Part shown: positions 54,372 to 64,000 of the stretch, piece by piece | Position numbering within the stretch: position 1 is the first letter of the stretch | Layout of the letters: each line of letters opens with the position of its first letter | Made by a program: the position numbers and the translations under genes | NCBI GenBank assembly: GCA_041665505.1 | Contig: JBAYIR010000001.1 | Span: forward strand, 83,108 to 147,107 | Direction: 5' to 3' | DNA length: 64,000 bases | Source: Patescibacteria group bacterium | GTDB lineage: Bacteria; Patescibacteriota; Patescibacteriia; UBA1558; GWA2-36-10 | The notes under the pieces: generated by a model | What the model saw: only the letters and a program-made list of their open reading frames with translations | The model's database searches: none | What the model was told of the DNA's origin: nothing

Positions 54372-55294
54372 ATCTTTGGATATTAGTATCAACAATAATT
54401 TTTAGCTGGGGTTTAAATAGCCATGCTATTTATCAATTGCCACTTGTGAGTATTTTTAACAGTGAGCAAGGCACAATGGCTAATCTAGAAAAAGTAGTAG
54501 TGGCTGATGAGAAAAAAATAGTGCCTCATAAAATAGATAACAAATCTTTAGGTGTAAAGATTCAGGCTGTTTCAGCAGCTAGTATGGATAAAGATACTGG
54601 CATTATTTTGTGGCAAAAAAATGCCACTGAACAGAGGTCTATTGCTAGTATTACAAAATTGATGACTACTTTGGTATTTTTGGAACATAATCCAGGTTGG
54701 GAAAATGAAGTCACTATGGAAGAAACTGATGAAGTCAGCGGAGGTACCAATAGGATACTAAGAGGGGAAATAGTCACAGTGCGAGATCTTTTTTATACTG
54801 CTCTGATTGCCTCAGACAACAATGCTACTGAAGCTTTAGCTCGTAGTACTGGATTGTCAAAAGAGGAATTTATAAAAAAAATGAATAGCAAAGCCAGAGA
54901 TTTATCTTTGAATAATACTAGTTTTAAAGGTTTGACTGGTCTGCAAGATGATAATAAATCCACAGCCCTAGATATTTTATCGCTAGCGAAAGTAGCTTTT
55001 GCTAATCAGCATATTAGTGATGCTGTTTCGCGCTCGGCTTATAATTTTCAAGCTAAAAGCGGACAGAATCATGAGATAAAGACCACTAATAAATTATTTA
55101 ATAGCTTTTTGGATATCAAAGCTGGTAAAACTGGTTTTACCAATGCAGCTGGCTATTGTCTAGTAGCTGAAGTAGGAAATAAGGACGGTCACGATATTAT
55201 ATCAGTAGTTCTAGGCTCTGATACACATGATGGTCGCTTTCAAGATTTGAAAATATTGTCAGCTTGGGTCTTAAATAATTTTATCTGGTCTTAA
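54368..55294 (+). CDS. D-alanyl-D-alanine carboxypeptidase (S11, PBP5-like)
   Basis: 308 aa; signal anchor, SIASITKLMT (SxxK), SDNNATEAL (SxN), KTGFT (KTG). Confidence 0.75.
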   Translation: MNLWILVSTIIFSWGLNSHAIYQLPLVSIFNSEQGTMANLEKVVVADEKKIVPHKIDNKSLGVKIQAVSAASMDKDTGIILWQKNATEQRSIASITKLMTTLVFLEHNPGWENEVTMEETDEVSGGTNRILRGEIVTVRDLFYTALIASDNNATEALARSTGLSKEEFIKKMNSKARDLSLNNTSFKGLTGLQDDNKSTALDILSLAKVAFANQHISDAVSRSAYNFQAKSGQNHEIKTTNKLFNSFLDIKAGKTGFTNAAGYCLVAEVGNKDGHDIISVVLGSDTHDGRFQDLKILSAWVLNNFIWS

Positions 55295-55326
55295 ATAGCA
55301 TTTTGTTTTATACTTAATTCATAATT

Positions 55327-55818
55327 ATGGAAATATCTTGGATTTATAATATTCATCCTTTAGTAGCTACATTTTTATTATCTATTTTACCTGTTTTTGA
55401 ACTCCGAGCAGCTATTCCTATGGTCATGGCCAATTTTGATACGCCACTATGGCAAATATTTGTGGTAGCAGTTTTGTCTAGCATTATTCCAGGTATATTA
55501 ATTGTTTATTTTTTGGGGCCAATATCCAATTGGCTGAGAAGGTGGAAAATATTTGATAGATTTTTTGATGCTTTGTTTGCTAGAACTAGAGCAAAATATG
55601 ATAAAAAATATGCGGTTTTAAGTAAAGTGGCGCTTATGCTTTTTGTAGCTATTCCTTTACCAGGTACAGGAGTTTGGACAGGATCTTTGATTGCTTGGTT
55701 ATTTAATTTTGATAAGCAACAATCATTAATATATATTGGTCTAGGTTCTTTTTTAGCAGGTGTTTTGGTTATGATGATCTCATTAGGAGCATTTAAGATT
55801 TTTGAGATAATACTATGA
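55327..55818 (+). CDS. small polytopic membrane protein (COG2426-like putative small export protein)
   Basis: 163 aa, 4 TM helices; weak family assignment. Confidence 0.35.
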   Translation: MEISWIYNIHPLVATFLLSILPVFELRAAIPMVMANFDTPLWQIFVVAVLSSIIPGILIVYFLGPISNWLRRWKIFDRFFDALFARTRAKYDKKYAVLSKVALMLFVAIPLPGTGVWTGSLIAWLFNFDKQQSLIYIGLGSFLAGVLVMMISLGAFKIFEIIL

Positions 55819-56555
55819 AAAAATATAAACAAATTTTAGTGGCTAATTGGAAGATGAATTTAGATGTTGGTGAAACTACTGTTTTAGCTAAGAAATTAAA
55901 ATTAATGCTAGCCAAGGAAAAACTAGCTGACAAAAAAGTAGTGTTTTGTCCTAGTTTTTTAGCAATAGCTGAAGTATCTAAAATTTTAAAGGGTTCAGGC
56001 ATATCTTTGGGAGCTCAAGATGTCTTCTATGAAAAAAATGGTGCTTTTACCGGTGAGATATCTGCTTCTAGTTTAAAAAAATTAGCTTGTGATTATGTTA
56101 TTGTTGGCCACAGCGAGAGAAGAGCGCTGGGTGAAACTGATGAAATGGTCAACAAAAAAGCCAAAGCAGTTTTGGAAAATAATATAACACCTATTATTTG
56201 TGTGGGTGAAACTTTGGCAGAATATAAAGCTGGTGCCACTAAAAAAGTTTTAGCTAGACAAGTAACTAAAGCTTTAAAAAAATTAGATAACAAATATTTT
56301 ATATTAGCTTATGAACCTGTTTGGTCTATCAGCACCAGTGGTAGTGGTAAAGTCATCAGTCCAGCTGAAGCCATAGCTCAGATTGCAGTACTTAAAAAAA
56401 ATATTCCAGCGCATTTGAATAATTTTGATATTATCTATGGTGGTAGTGTTAAGGCTGACACAGTAGCTAATTTTAGCACAGATTTTAAAGGTGCTTTGGT
56501 CGGTGGCGATAGTTTAAAGGCGCAATCATTTTTTAAGTTAATTAAAAATTCATAA
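55815..56555 (+). CDS. tpiA: triosephosphate isomerase
   Basis: 246 aa; ILVANWKMN, VIVGHSERR, active-site E in YEPVWSIS region. Confidence 0.9.
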   Translation: MKKYKQILVANWKMNLDVGETTVLAKKLKLMLAKEKLADKKVVFCPSFLAIAEVSKILKGSGISLGAQDVFYEKNGAFTGEISASSLKKLACDYVIVGHSERRALGETDEMVNKKAKAVLENNITPIICVGETLAEYKAGATKKVLARQVTKALKKLDNKYFILAYEPVWSISTSGSGKVISPAEAIAQIAVLKKNIPAHLNNFDIIYGGSVKADTVANFSTDFKGALVGGDSLKAQSFFKLIKNS

Positions 56556-56673
56556 AAATATATTTATTTAAATTTATTGTTCATACTTTGAATTATCTGT
56601 TCCGTTGTTGTTACAAAGTCACATCTAAATCAAAGTTCTCACAATAAATTTAAATATTGTAAAATAAAAACAT

Positions 56674-57543
56674 ATGATAGTGCCAATCAAGCAAATAGTA
56701 TTAAAAGCCCAACAAGGTCGCTACGCGGTGGGAGCTTTTAATACTTCAAATTTAGAAACTACTTTGGCTATTATTAGAGCGGCAATCAAGCAAAAATCAC
56801 CAGTCATAATTCAGACATCAGAATCAGCTATTAGCTATTCCAATTTACAAACTTTATTTGCTATCATGACGAGCCTTGGAAATACTGTTGGTAAAAAAGT
56901 GCCTATTGCCATACACCTTGATCATGGCAAAAATACCCAGATAGTCAAAGATTGTATTAATATTGGTTACAATTCAGTGCATATGGATGCTTCCGAAAAA
57001 GATTATGCCACTAATCTTAAATTGTCCAAACAAATGGCTATTTTGGCGCACAATAAGAAAATATGGATTCAGGCAGAGCTGGGTTCAATTTTGGGTAAAG
57101 AAGGCTTAGTTAAGCTTGAAACAGGGGAGATAAATATGAAAGATTTAATGACTAACCCTCATCAAGCTAAGGATTTTGTGGAACATACTAAAATAGACAC
57201 CCTAGCTATTTCAGTCGGCACTATTCATGGTCATTTCAAAGGCGTGGAAAGAGTTGATCAGCCCCGCTTGAAAAAAATAAGAGAATTGGTTAAGATACCT
57301 CTTGTTTTGCATGGTGGCTCAGGACTTAGCCCTCAAACTTTCAAGCAGGCTATCAAAAATGGTATTAGTATAATAAATATAGATACAAATTTGCGTTTAG
57401 CCTTTAAAAAAGCCTTGAGTGATACTATTTCTAAAGAAAGTGATATTATAGATCCTCGTAAGATTCTTAATCCTTCTACCGAGGCTATGCAAAAAGAAGT
57501 AGAAAAAATGATTAGAATTTTTGGTAGTTATAACAAAGCATAA
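56674..57543 (+). CDS. fba: fructose-bisphosphate aldolase class II
   Basis: 289 aa; AVGAFNTSNLE, IHLDHG, LVLHGGSG zinc/aldolase II motifs. Confidence 0.85.
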   Translation: MIVPIKQIVLKAQQGRYAVGAFNTSNLETTLAIIRAAIKQKSPVIIQTSESAISYSNLQTLFAIMTSLGNTVGKKVPIAIHLDHGKNTQIVKDCINIGYNSVHMDASEKDYATNLKLSKQMAILAHNKKIWIQAELGSILGKEGLVKLETGEINMKDLMTNPHQAKDFVEHTKIDTLAISVGTIHGHFKGVERVDQPRLKKIRELVKIPLVLHGGSGLSPQTFKQAIKNGISIINIDTNLRLAFKKALSDTISKESDIIDPRKILNPSTEAMQKEVEKMIRIFGSYNKA

Positions 57544-57546
57544 TAT

Positions 57547-58431
57547 ATGTTGGATGTATTTTTAGTAATTATCATACTTTTATCTCTGGGCTTTATTATT
57601 TGGAGAGTAATAAAGAAGTTTTCGCTTTTGACAAATATCAACGTTGATAATTTGCCAGAAGTAAAAATACAAAGACAAAAAGAAGCTATTTTAAAAACTC
57701 GTTTAGAAAGATCCTGGATGGAAATTTTTGCTAAGCTTCAGGTCTTAGCGGGGCCAGCTAAGACCAAGTTAAAAGGTAGTTTAAAACAGTATTATAAAAA
57801 ATTAAAAGATATAGAAAAAGACATCAAGCATCGTGGTTTTGAAAAGCTTAGTTCTTCGGTAGATAAATCTCAAGCTATTGATGAGATTTTAACTACTGCC
57901 AAACAACAGATAAATAATGAAGAATATAATCAAGCTGAAGAAATTATATTAGACGCTATTGGCCTTGATCAGCATAATATAGAAGCTTATAGATTATTAG
58001 CTGAGGTTTATAGATTAAAAAAAGAATATTCTCAAGCTAGGGAAACTTTAGAATATTTATTAAAATTGACTCACGCTGAAGATCCAGATGTTTATTATTC
58101 TTTAGCTGACATTGCTAGAGAAAGAGGTAATCTCAAACAAGCAGAGGAGGAATATATAAAATCAATATCTTTATCAGATGACAATTATCTCTATCTTTTG
58201 TCACTGGCCGAAGTATATATTGATTTAGAAGAAGAAGAAAAAGCTTTAGAAACAGCCAAAAGAGCTTTACTTTTAGCCCCAAATAATCCCAAGATTCTTG
58301 ACTTTTTGATAAATATTAGTATAATTATGTCTGATAAAGAATTAGCTTCTGATTATTTAGACAAGCTAAAAGAAGTAAATCCAGCTAATCAGAAGATAGC
58401 GGAATTTATTGAACGTATTGATAGTTTATAA
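57547..58431 (+). CDS. TPR-repeat protein with N-terminal membrane anchor
   Basis: 294 aa; N-terminal TM; multiple AxxxY/LxxA TPR-like 34-aa repeats. Confidence 0.55.
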   Translation: MLDVFLVIIILLSLGFIIWRVIKKFSLLTNINVDNLPEVKIQRQKEAILKTRLERSWMEIFAKLQVLAGPAKTKLKGSLKQYYKKLKDIEKDIKHRGFEKLSSSVDKSQAIDEILTTAKQQINNEEYNQAEEIILDAIGLDQHNIEAYRLLAEVYRLKKEYSQARETLEYLLKLTHAEDPDVYYSLADIARERGNLKQAEEEYIKSISLSDDNYLYLLSLAEVYIDLEEEEKALETAKRALLLAPNNPKILDFLINISIIMSDKELASDYLDKLKEVNPANQKIAEFIERIDSL

Positions 58432-58515
58432 TAATTTGAAAATATAATTGTCTTACAGTTGGTGAAGATTTTTCTGCTTACCGGCAGTTAGCTACCAGCT
58501 GTTAATTTTTTATAT

Positions 58516-58601
58516 GGGTCGGTACCGAAGCGGTCAAACGGGGCAGACTGTAAATCTGCTGGCATATGCCTTCGGGGGTTCGAATCCCTCCCGGCCCACC
58601 A
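58516..58601 (+). tRNA. tRNA-Tyr (anticodon GTA) with long variable arm, CCA encoded
   Basis: Anticodon stem GCAGA/TCTGC loop CTGTAAA; variable arm tggcatatgcc; T-loop TTCGAAT. Confidence 0.75.
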
Positions 58602-58751
58602 TCCTTTTTGTATTTTAGTAGTTAGAAATTAATTTGTCGTCTGCCGTCATAGCTCCCCGCACAGTCCTGCGGACTTGACGGGGCGAGTGTTGGTAAAATA
58701 AAGAGTAATAGGCACTTTCTTAGTTTAGTATATAAAATAAGTTTATTATCT

Positions 58752-58823
<72 letters not shown>

Positions 58824-58826
<3 letters not shown>

Positions 58827-58946
58827 TTCGACTCCGTCCCGCTAAAGCGGGACTTCGCTCATGGTCTTCATCCTCACCGCCATAGGCGGTTCGGATTGCG
58901 ACCACTTTTCTAGGAGTCGAATGCCCTGAGCGAAGTCGAGGGGCAT
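58824..58946 (+). ncRNA. conserved structured tRNA 3'-trailer element, copy 3 (divergent, with compensatory stem changes)
   Basis: TTCGACTCCG then hairpin gtcccgc-taaa-gcgggac (vs gttctgc-tc-gcagaac in copies 1/2), conserved ACTTCGCTCA...TGAGCGAAGT pair, TGGTC/GACCA stem carrying an inserted ccgcc-ata-ggcgg hairpin, perfect 11-bp closing helix CATTCGACTCC/GGAGTCGAATG. Confidence 0.5.
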
Positions 58947-58952
58947 AATAAA

Positions 58953-58978
58953 ACCACCCTTGGGGGTGTTTTTTTGTT
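58953..58978 (+). terminator. terminator ending the tRNA-Thr plus trailer transcript
   Basis: ccaccc-ttg-ggggtg followed by T7. Confidence 0.55.
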
Positions 58979-58990
58979 TGTTGTATTCAT

Positions 58991-59019
58991 TTGACAAAAT
59001 ATATAAAATATGTTATTAT
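58991..59019 (+). promoter_or_regulatory. near-consensus promoter TTGACA-17-TATTAT driving cassette E
   Basis: ttgaca 58991-58996, tattat 59014-59019, 17-nt spacer; ~100-nt GC-moderate leader with gggg-N13-cccc hairpin. Confidence 0.5.
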
Positions 59020-59123
59020 ATATAGTTCGTAATTCCTATTCGTATGAGTAGGTGGCTCTGAATGAGCAACGGGGTTTAGGCTTCTTTCCCCAACCAAGGA
59101 AGCGTGTTCTTTGAGGAGGCTGT

Positions 59124-59414
59124 ATGGCCAAGCAATTTGATATCACTGGTGGTCCCTCGCGGGAAGAGCTCTTTGACGCTCTGCGCCTGAGGCATGAGAA
59201 CAGGAAGCCTGTCTTCCACGTGCCGTACATCAGAGGAGGCTGTTTCGTAGTCAGTGTCGATGCCATCGGCATCGAAGACGGCAGTGGCGACAACTGGCTG
59301 TTGCAGCTACATGACCCTAATGGTCTTCTCGGGGCCAATCATTTGAAGGCCTACTTCAACACTGTCACGCGCAGGGGTTGGATGAAGCCCTTGGACTTGA
59401 AGCCCTTGGACTGA
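59124..59414 (+). CDS. high-GC small protein, 96 aa (foreign cassette E)
   Basis: GAGGAGG 4 nt before ATG; MAKQFDITGGPSREELFDALRLRHENRKPVFHVPYIRGGCFVVSVDAIGIEDGSGDNWLLQLHDPNGLL; no family recognised; antisense ORF 59036..59338 rejected. Confidence 0.5.
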   Translation: MAKQFDITGGPSREELFDALRLRHENRKPVFHVPYIRGGCFVVSVDAIGIEDGSGDNWLLQLHDPNGLLGANHLKAYFNTVTRRGWMKPLDLKPLD

Positions 59415-59428
59415 CGACAACATTGGTG

Positions 59429-59483
59429 CCGCGCGCAGAAGTCATCGGACTTCTGCGCGCGGGCCACAATTACTTTTTTTTTC
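59429..59483 (+). terminator. long GC-rich hairpin terminator of cassette E
   Basis: gccgcgcgcagaagtc-atcg-gacttctgcgcgcgggc then T9 about 8 nt later. Confidence 0.5.
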
Positions 59484-59620
59484 AGCTATTTTAGCTGTTT
59501 TTTTGTTTGTTGGACCTATATCTTGACAATTTCTCTGAAATAGAGTATATTCTGCTTTGTTTTAATATAAACAATATTTTATATATAAAAGCGATTAATT
59601 ATTTAAAAAGGTGAAAATTT

Positions 59621-60928
59621 ATGTTTAAAATGAACTTAAACAAGTACTTAATTCTTTCTTTAGTCATTCTAACGGGCTTTGGCTCATTAGTAGCTAATGC
59701 CAAGGAAGATTTAATTATTTCTGGTGATACAATAGCCGAAGTATTGACTGATGAACCTACTTTAGCAATTTGTGACCATAATGGTGATGGTTTTAGGAAT
59801 TTAAGTGATGTGAGTCTATTTGCCGAAGTTAAGGATTCCTTCTCTCTTTCTGAAATTGCTGAATATGCTGAACACAATCAAGATAACGATTGGTGTGAAG
59901 CACATTTTTGGCCTTCTGAAAGAGTAGAGGAAACTACAGCTACTTTGGCTATCTGTGACCACAATGGAGACCATGTCAGAAATTTAAGCGATGTAGCTAT
60001 GTTTGCTGAATGTGCTGAGACATTTGATGTCGATGGTAATGGTATCCATGATTTGTCTGATATATCTTTGTATACTTCAAACAACCAAGACGACACTTGG
60101 TGTGCTAGTGATTTTGATTGTGAGGCTATTCCCAATGCTGAGCCAGCTTATGTTACTGAAAATCTAGATGTAGTTTCTAGCACTTTAGCTATTTGTGACC
60201 ACAATGGTGATGGTTTAAGAAATCTAAGTGATGTCAGTGAATTTGCTTCTTGTGTTGATACTTTTGATGCCAATGGTGATAATAGACACGATCTATTAGA
60301 TACTAGTGCTTATGCTTCAAATAACCAAGATAACATTTGGTGTAGAGATAGCTTTGTTTGTGATGTGGCTACTAGTACAGAAGCTCTTTATAGTACTGAA
60401 GTGGTAGAAGAACCAGTTACTCCTTTAGCTATTTGTGACCACAATGGTGATGGTTTAAGAAATCTAAGTGATGTCAGTGAATTTGCTTCTTGTGTTGATA
60501 CTTTTGATGCCAATGGAGATGGTGTGCATAACTTAGAAGATGTAAGTGAATATGCTACAAATAAGTTTAGAACTGATACTTGGTGTACTACAACTTTTGA
60601 ATGTGTAGCTACTCCTAAATCTGTTTTAGCTGGTGGATCAACTTTTTTCAACCAACCAATATCTGAAATTGAAGGCGAAGTTTTAGGTGAAAAAATTGAA
60701 GCAGAAGAAGATGTTTTAGAAACAGAAGTTTGTACTTATAATACTCCAGATGCTGATATATTAGGAAAAACTGATTGGTCTGACGGTAGTTTGATTAGAG
60801 GTTGCGGACCAGAAATTTATGTTATTGAGAATCAACAAAAGCGTCATATCAGATCTTTAGAAGAATTATTCAATTATATTGGTCAAAGAATTAATAATGT
60901 TACTAACGATATATTGAGTTTATTCTAA
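59621..60928 (+). CDS. secreted protein with four dockerin/EF-hand-like Ca-binding repeat modules
   Basis: 435 aa; signal peptide MFKMNLNKYLILSLVILTGFGSLVANA; four ~80-aa modules LAICDHNGDGxRNLSDV...DxNGDGxHxLxD...NNQDxxWC; two modules identical at DNA level over >110 bp (60181-60300 vs 60421-60540). Confidence 0.6.
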   Translation: MFKMNLNKYLILSLVILTGFGSLVANAKEDLIISGDTIAEVLTDEPTLAICDHNGDGFRNLSDVSLFAEVKDSFSLSEIAEYAEHNQDNDWCEAHFWPSERVEETTATLAICDHNGDHVRNLSDVAMFAECAETFDVDGNGIHDLSDISLYTSNNQDDTWCASDFDCEAIPNAEPAYVTENLDVVSSTLAICDHNGDGLRNLSDVSEFASCVDTFDANGDNRHDLLDTSAYASNNQDNIWCRDSFVCDVATSTEALYSTEVVEEPVTPLAICDHNGDGLRNLSDVSEFASCVDTFDANGDGVHNLEDVSEYATNKFRTDTWCTTTFECVATPKSVLAGGSTFFNQPISEIEGEVLGEKIEAEEDVLETEVCTYNTPDADILGKTDWSDGSLIRGCGPEIYVIENQQKRHIRSLEELFNYIGQRINNVTNDILSLF

Positions 60929-61091
60929 AAGATAATAAATTTATATTTTTTTAAAAACTACCTTGGATTCAGGGTAGTTTTTTTGTAGCTTTTTGTGTTA
61001 TAATAAAGTCAATAAAATTATTTTATTTATTTACTATTGACAAAATCATAGGTATATGATTTAATTGATTATTAATATTTGTCTATAAAAT

Positions 61092-62918
61092 ATGTCAAAA
61101 GACAAGCAGGACAAAAAATTCTTAGACTCTGATGCTGATGGTTTATTGGATTATGAGGAAAAGGCTTTAGGTACAGATCCTTATAGTGTTGATACTGATA
61201 AAGATGGTCTAGGTGATTATCAAGAAGTAAAGGTCTATAAGACAGATCCTCTTAGACCTGATACTGATTGTGATGGCATGAATGATGGTAATGAAGTAAA
61301 ATCTGGTAGCAACCCCAGAGGTAGTGGTAGTTTAAGGAATCTTTTTATACCTAATCAGTGTAATGATTTTAAACCTCGTGCTCTACATCCAAAAAGAATA
61401 GCATTTTATGCTGCTTCGGCTGTAGTTATAAAAGTAACTATAGTAGTTTTTGCTTTGTCATTTCCAGTCCAAGCTTGGTTATCTCCAGATATTTTAGCTC
61501 AGCAAGCTAAAAAAATTGTGACTTTAACTAATAATATTAGAAATGAATTAGGCATTAACCAACTTAAAGAAAATCAAGTTTTAAATCAAGCGGCTTTAAA
61601 TAAAGCTCAAGATATGTTGCTTAATCAATATTTTGCCCATGTTAGTCCTGATGATAGGGCTTTAAGACATTGGTTGTATGACTTAAGCTATAATTTTAGA
61701 TTTGCTGGAGAAAATTTGGCTATTGGTTTTTCTGATGCCAATGATGTAGTAGCTGCTTGGAAAGAATCGCCAACCCACTATAGTAATATTATTGATCCAG
61801 ATTTTACAGAAATAGGTGTCGGTGTAGTCAGTGGTGATTACAATGGCTATGAAACTACTTTAATAGCCCAGTATTTTGGCGATCCTTATGCCAAAGTAGT
61901 CCCAGTGGTGATTGAAGAAACTATTCCAGAAATTCAAGAAAATTTAGCCAAAGCCCAAGATTATAATACAAAAGTAGAACAAGCTATTATAGAATCAGAG
62001 CCAGAACCAGAGGAAATACCAGAGGAAATAGTAGCCACAGAAAATAAGCCAGAGGAAATAGTAGAGGAACTACCAATACCCGAAGTGTCAAATGATTTAA
62101 TATTACCTGAGCAGGAAGCAATTGTTTTACAAACGCCAGTGTTGATTAGCCCAGAAAATAATTATATTTCAAAGGAAAATATAAACACTTTTACTTTTTT
62201 GGCCAAAGGAGCACAAAGAATAACTACTTATGTTGACGGAGACCTAGAGGTCAGCAAAGTAATTGATAATGAAAAATTTGATGTAACAATTAAACTTACT
62301 GAAGGTCAACATAGTTTACAGCTAATAGCTTATCAAGGAGACGAAAGTCTTAGTTCATCTTATTATACCGTGACTGTGGACAACACGGCACCAATTTTAG
62401 ATCAAAACGAAACTAATATTTTGGTCAATCAACCTAGTGGCAGTAAAGATTTAGTTTTAAAAGCTACTGCTTATCTAAGTGACGACACGGTGGATGCTTT
62501 TGTTAATTTCGCTGATAATAAAATAGTTTTGGCTAAAGATTATAGCCAAGCAGGCAGATGGACAGGCCATCAAATTATATCAGGAGTGGACTATGATACT
62601 TTATTTAATCCCGTAGTTTTAGCTACTTTGACTGCTCGTGATAGTGCCGAAAATGTCTTAGTTCAGGATATCAGTTGGCAAGATATCAAGCCAGTGGCTG
62701 GTTCTACTATTAGCCAATATTCTTTCTTAAAACAGAGCAATTCAGAGCTAATAAGGCCTTTGTTTAAAATAGGTAATATTTACTACCAAATAATGTTGAT
62801 AATAGCTTTTATTGCCTTACTTTTGAATATTTTTATCCAAATCAAAAAACAACATCTTAGTACTATAGCCTCTACTTTAGGCTTAATAGCCTTACTGAGT
62901 TTCTTGACTATTTTTTAA
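61092..62918 (+). CDS. membrane-anchored CAP/SCP (PR-1-like) domain protein with N-terminal TSP3-like Ca-binding repeats and C-terminal Ig-like region plus TM anchor
   Basis: 608 aa; DSDADGLLDYEE/DTDKDGLGDYQE/DTDCDGMNDGNE repeats; CAP motifs (GENLAIGF, HYSNIIDPDFTEIGVGVV); C-terminal hydrophobic anchor. Confidence 0.6.
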   Translation: MSKDKQDKKFLDSDADGLLDYEEKALGTDPYSVDTDKDGLGDYQEVKVYKTDPLRPDTDCDGMNDGNEVKSGSNPRGSGSLRNLFIPNQCNDFKPRALHPKRIAFYAASAVVIKVTIVVFALSFPVQAWLSPDILAQQAKKIVTLTNNIRNELGINQLKENQVLNQAALNKAQDMLLNQYFAHVSPDDRALRHWLYDLSYNFRFAGENLAIGFSDANDVVAAWKESPTHYSNIIDPDFTEIGVGVVSGDYNGYETTLIAQYFGDPYAKVVPVVIEETIPEIQENLAKAQDYNTKVEQAIIESEPEPEEIPEEIVATENKPEEIVEELPIPEVSNDLILPEQEAIVLQTPVLISPENNYISKENINTFTFLAKGAQRITTYVDGDLEVSKVIDNEKFDVTIKLTEGQHSLQLIAYQGDESLSSSYYTVTVDNTAPILDQNETNILVNQPSGSKDLVLKATAYLSDDTVDAFVNFADNKIVLAKDYSQAGRWTGHQIISGVDYDTLFNPVVLATLTARDSAENVLVQDISWQDIKPVAGSTISQYSFLKQSNSELIRPLFKIGNIYYQIMLIIAFIALLLNIFIQIKKQHLSTIASTLGLIALLSFLTIF

Positions 62919-63081
62919 ATAAATAGTAAGTTTGAATTGCAGAATTAATATAGTATTTTTTTGTTGACAAACTATCAGACATCTTGTTATAATTATTAGT
63001 TATATAATAATTTATTATTTAAATATAAGATTGTAATTTTTATTACAGCTAAAAAATTAATTAACTAATTTAAGATAAAAT

Positions 63082-64000
63082 ATGAAAAAAGTTTTTAAAA
63101 CTGGTTTTTTCTACTTTGTCGCACTAACTATGTTAGTTGGGAATTCTGGCTTGCAAATCAAGCTAGCTTCTTTTAGTAATATAGCGCATGCCACATCTAG
63201 TGGAAAAGTAACAGTATGCCATGCAACTGGCAGTCAGTCTAATCCTTGGGAAAGGATAAATGTCGATGCTAGTGCTGTTGGTGCTCATACAGATCATGGT
63301 TCAGATATTATTTCTCCTGATGAGGATAATACATATCAATGTCCACAACCTCAGCCAGAACCAGAGCCAAGTTGTGACGGTGCTGATTTAGAATTTCCAG
63401 TAGATTTATATGTGGCAGGTGCTAATTGTGATATTTCTTTGCCTATTTATGACTCACAAGTAGTCAATTTAGTTAATGGAGGTAATTATGATGTTTATAC
63501 TGTAGCCAATCGCGATGCTTTAAATGAAGATACTACTTATGGCCAAGATAATGAAGAATTTACTATTAGAGTAAATAGTAGTATAGCTGGTGATGTTGTT
63601 TTGGATCAACCAGCTGGTCAAGTCTGGAGTATTCAAAATGCTGGTAATTTTGATTTTGTGAGCGGTGATAATACTGTTCATATGGATACAGCTTTTGATT
63701 GTATAGAAGCTGATAACTCGATGGCTAGAAATAGTGTGACAGTTACTAAACTTTGTCTATATGAAATTGATGAACAAGAGCCATTTTGTGGTGATTATAA
63801 TATAGATCCAGGCGAAGATTGTGACGCCGGCCCAACTGGTTCAGAGTCATGCACAAATGATTGTACTAATATTGAAGACCAAGAAAATTCAATTGCTACT
63901 GTAATTGCTCATAAGATTGTCTGTGATAAAGAAAGTGATTTACCAAATTGGTCTGGCAGTACAAATATTACTGCTGACACAGCTCAAAATTATGTAGATA
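63082..64000 (+). CDS. secreted Cys-rich repeat protein (3'-truncated by window end)
   Basis: Open frame from ATG 63082 to window end with no stop; signal peptide MKKVFKTGFFYFVALTMLVGNSGL; CGDYNIDPGEDCDAGP...C..DC resembles Cys-rich CxxCxxDxxE-type repeats. Confidence 0.5.
   Translation, partial: MKKVFKTGFFYFVALTMLVGNSGLQIKLASFSNIAHATSSGKVTVCHATGSQSNPWERINVDASAVGAHTDHGSDIISPDEDNTYQCPQPQPEPEPSCDGADLEFPVDLYVAGANCDISLPIYDSQVVNLVNGGNYDVYTVANRDALNEDTTYGQDNEEFTIRVNSSIAGDVVLDQPAGQVWSIQNAGNFDFVSGDNTVHMDTAFDCIEADNSMARNSVTVTKLCLYEIDEQEPFCGDYNIDPGEDCDAGPTGSESCTNDCTNIEDQENSIATVIAHKIVCDKESDLPNWSGSTNITADTAQNYVD

Noticed and set aside
59036-59338. 100-aa minus-strand ORF overlapping cassette E and its leader
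   Set aside because: Runs through the E promoter-proximal leader and SD on the opposite strand; Pro/Ser/Arg-rich; no signals.
59621-60928. Possible CRISPR-like array suggested by regularly spaced near-identical ~24-bp units (gctatttgtgaccacaatggtgatgg...)
   Set aside because: Repeats are in-frame coding repeats of a secreted Ca-binding module protein with signal peptide. Spacing (~240 bp) and lack of cas genes or leader are inconsistent with CRISPR. No CRISPR array was found anywhere in the window.

Overview
The backbone is low-GC (about 30-35% by eye), gene-dense and mostly single-strand, and looks like a CPR/Patescibacteria-type chromosome. Recognisable native genes include a glycolytic cluster (pgk, eno, two tandem gpmI paralogs; tpiA and fba further on), uppP, a GDP-mannose pyrophosphorylase-like gene, mltG, rplJ-rplL, rplU, a dcw cluster (mraZ-rsmH-ftsL-ftsI-murF), recR-ybaB-dnaB, argS, valS-like, asnS and aspS. 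Also present are a P-type ATPase, an ABC exporter, a NuoF-like plus [FeFe]-hydrogenase HydA pair, an RND efflux pair, scpAB, rluB, a Nudix hydrolase, a D,D-carboxypeptidase, several secreted Ca-binding-repeat proteins and seven tRNAs. No rRNA, CRISPR array, transposase or integrase was seen.

The striking signal is compositional. At least seven short high-GC segments (roughly 55-65% GC by eye) sit in intergenic gaps between intact native genes: 1031-1270, 10729-13088, 23384-24930, ~33735-34670, 42401-42757, 51650-51806 (non-coding) and 58991-59483. Each coding one is a self-contained expression cassette. Five have a perfect or near-perfect sigma70 promoter (four are exact TTGACA-17-TATAAT). 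Six have a GGAGG-type Shine-Dalgarno with a 7-9 nt spacer. All coding cassettes carry a single high-GC ORF (often secreted or membrane) followed by a GC-rich hairpin terminator. This is either a dispersed foreign or engineered multi-gene system, or an artefact; function cannot be assigned from sequence alone.

A second, independent signal is a ~125-nt structured element immediately 3' of the encoded CCA of three different tRNAs (Val, Lys, Thr). The three copies show compensatory stem changes and loop-only variation, and each ends in its own terminator, so this looks like an undescribed tRNA-trailer RNA family. Two of the three copies directly abut high-GC cassettes.
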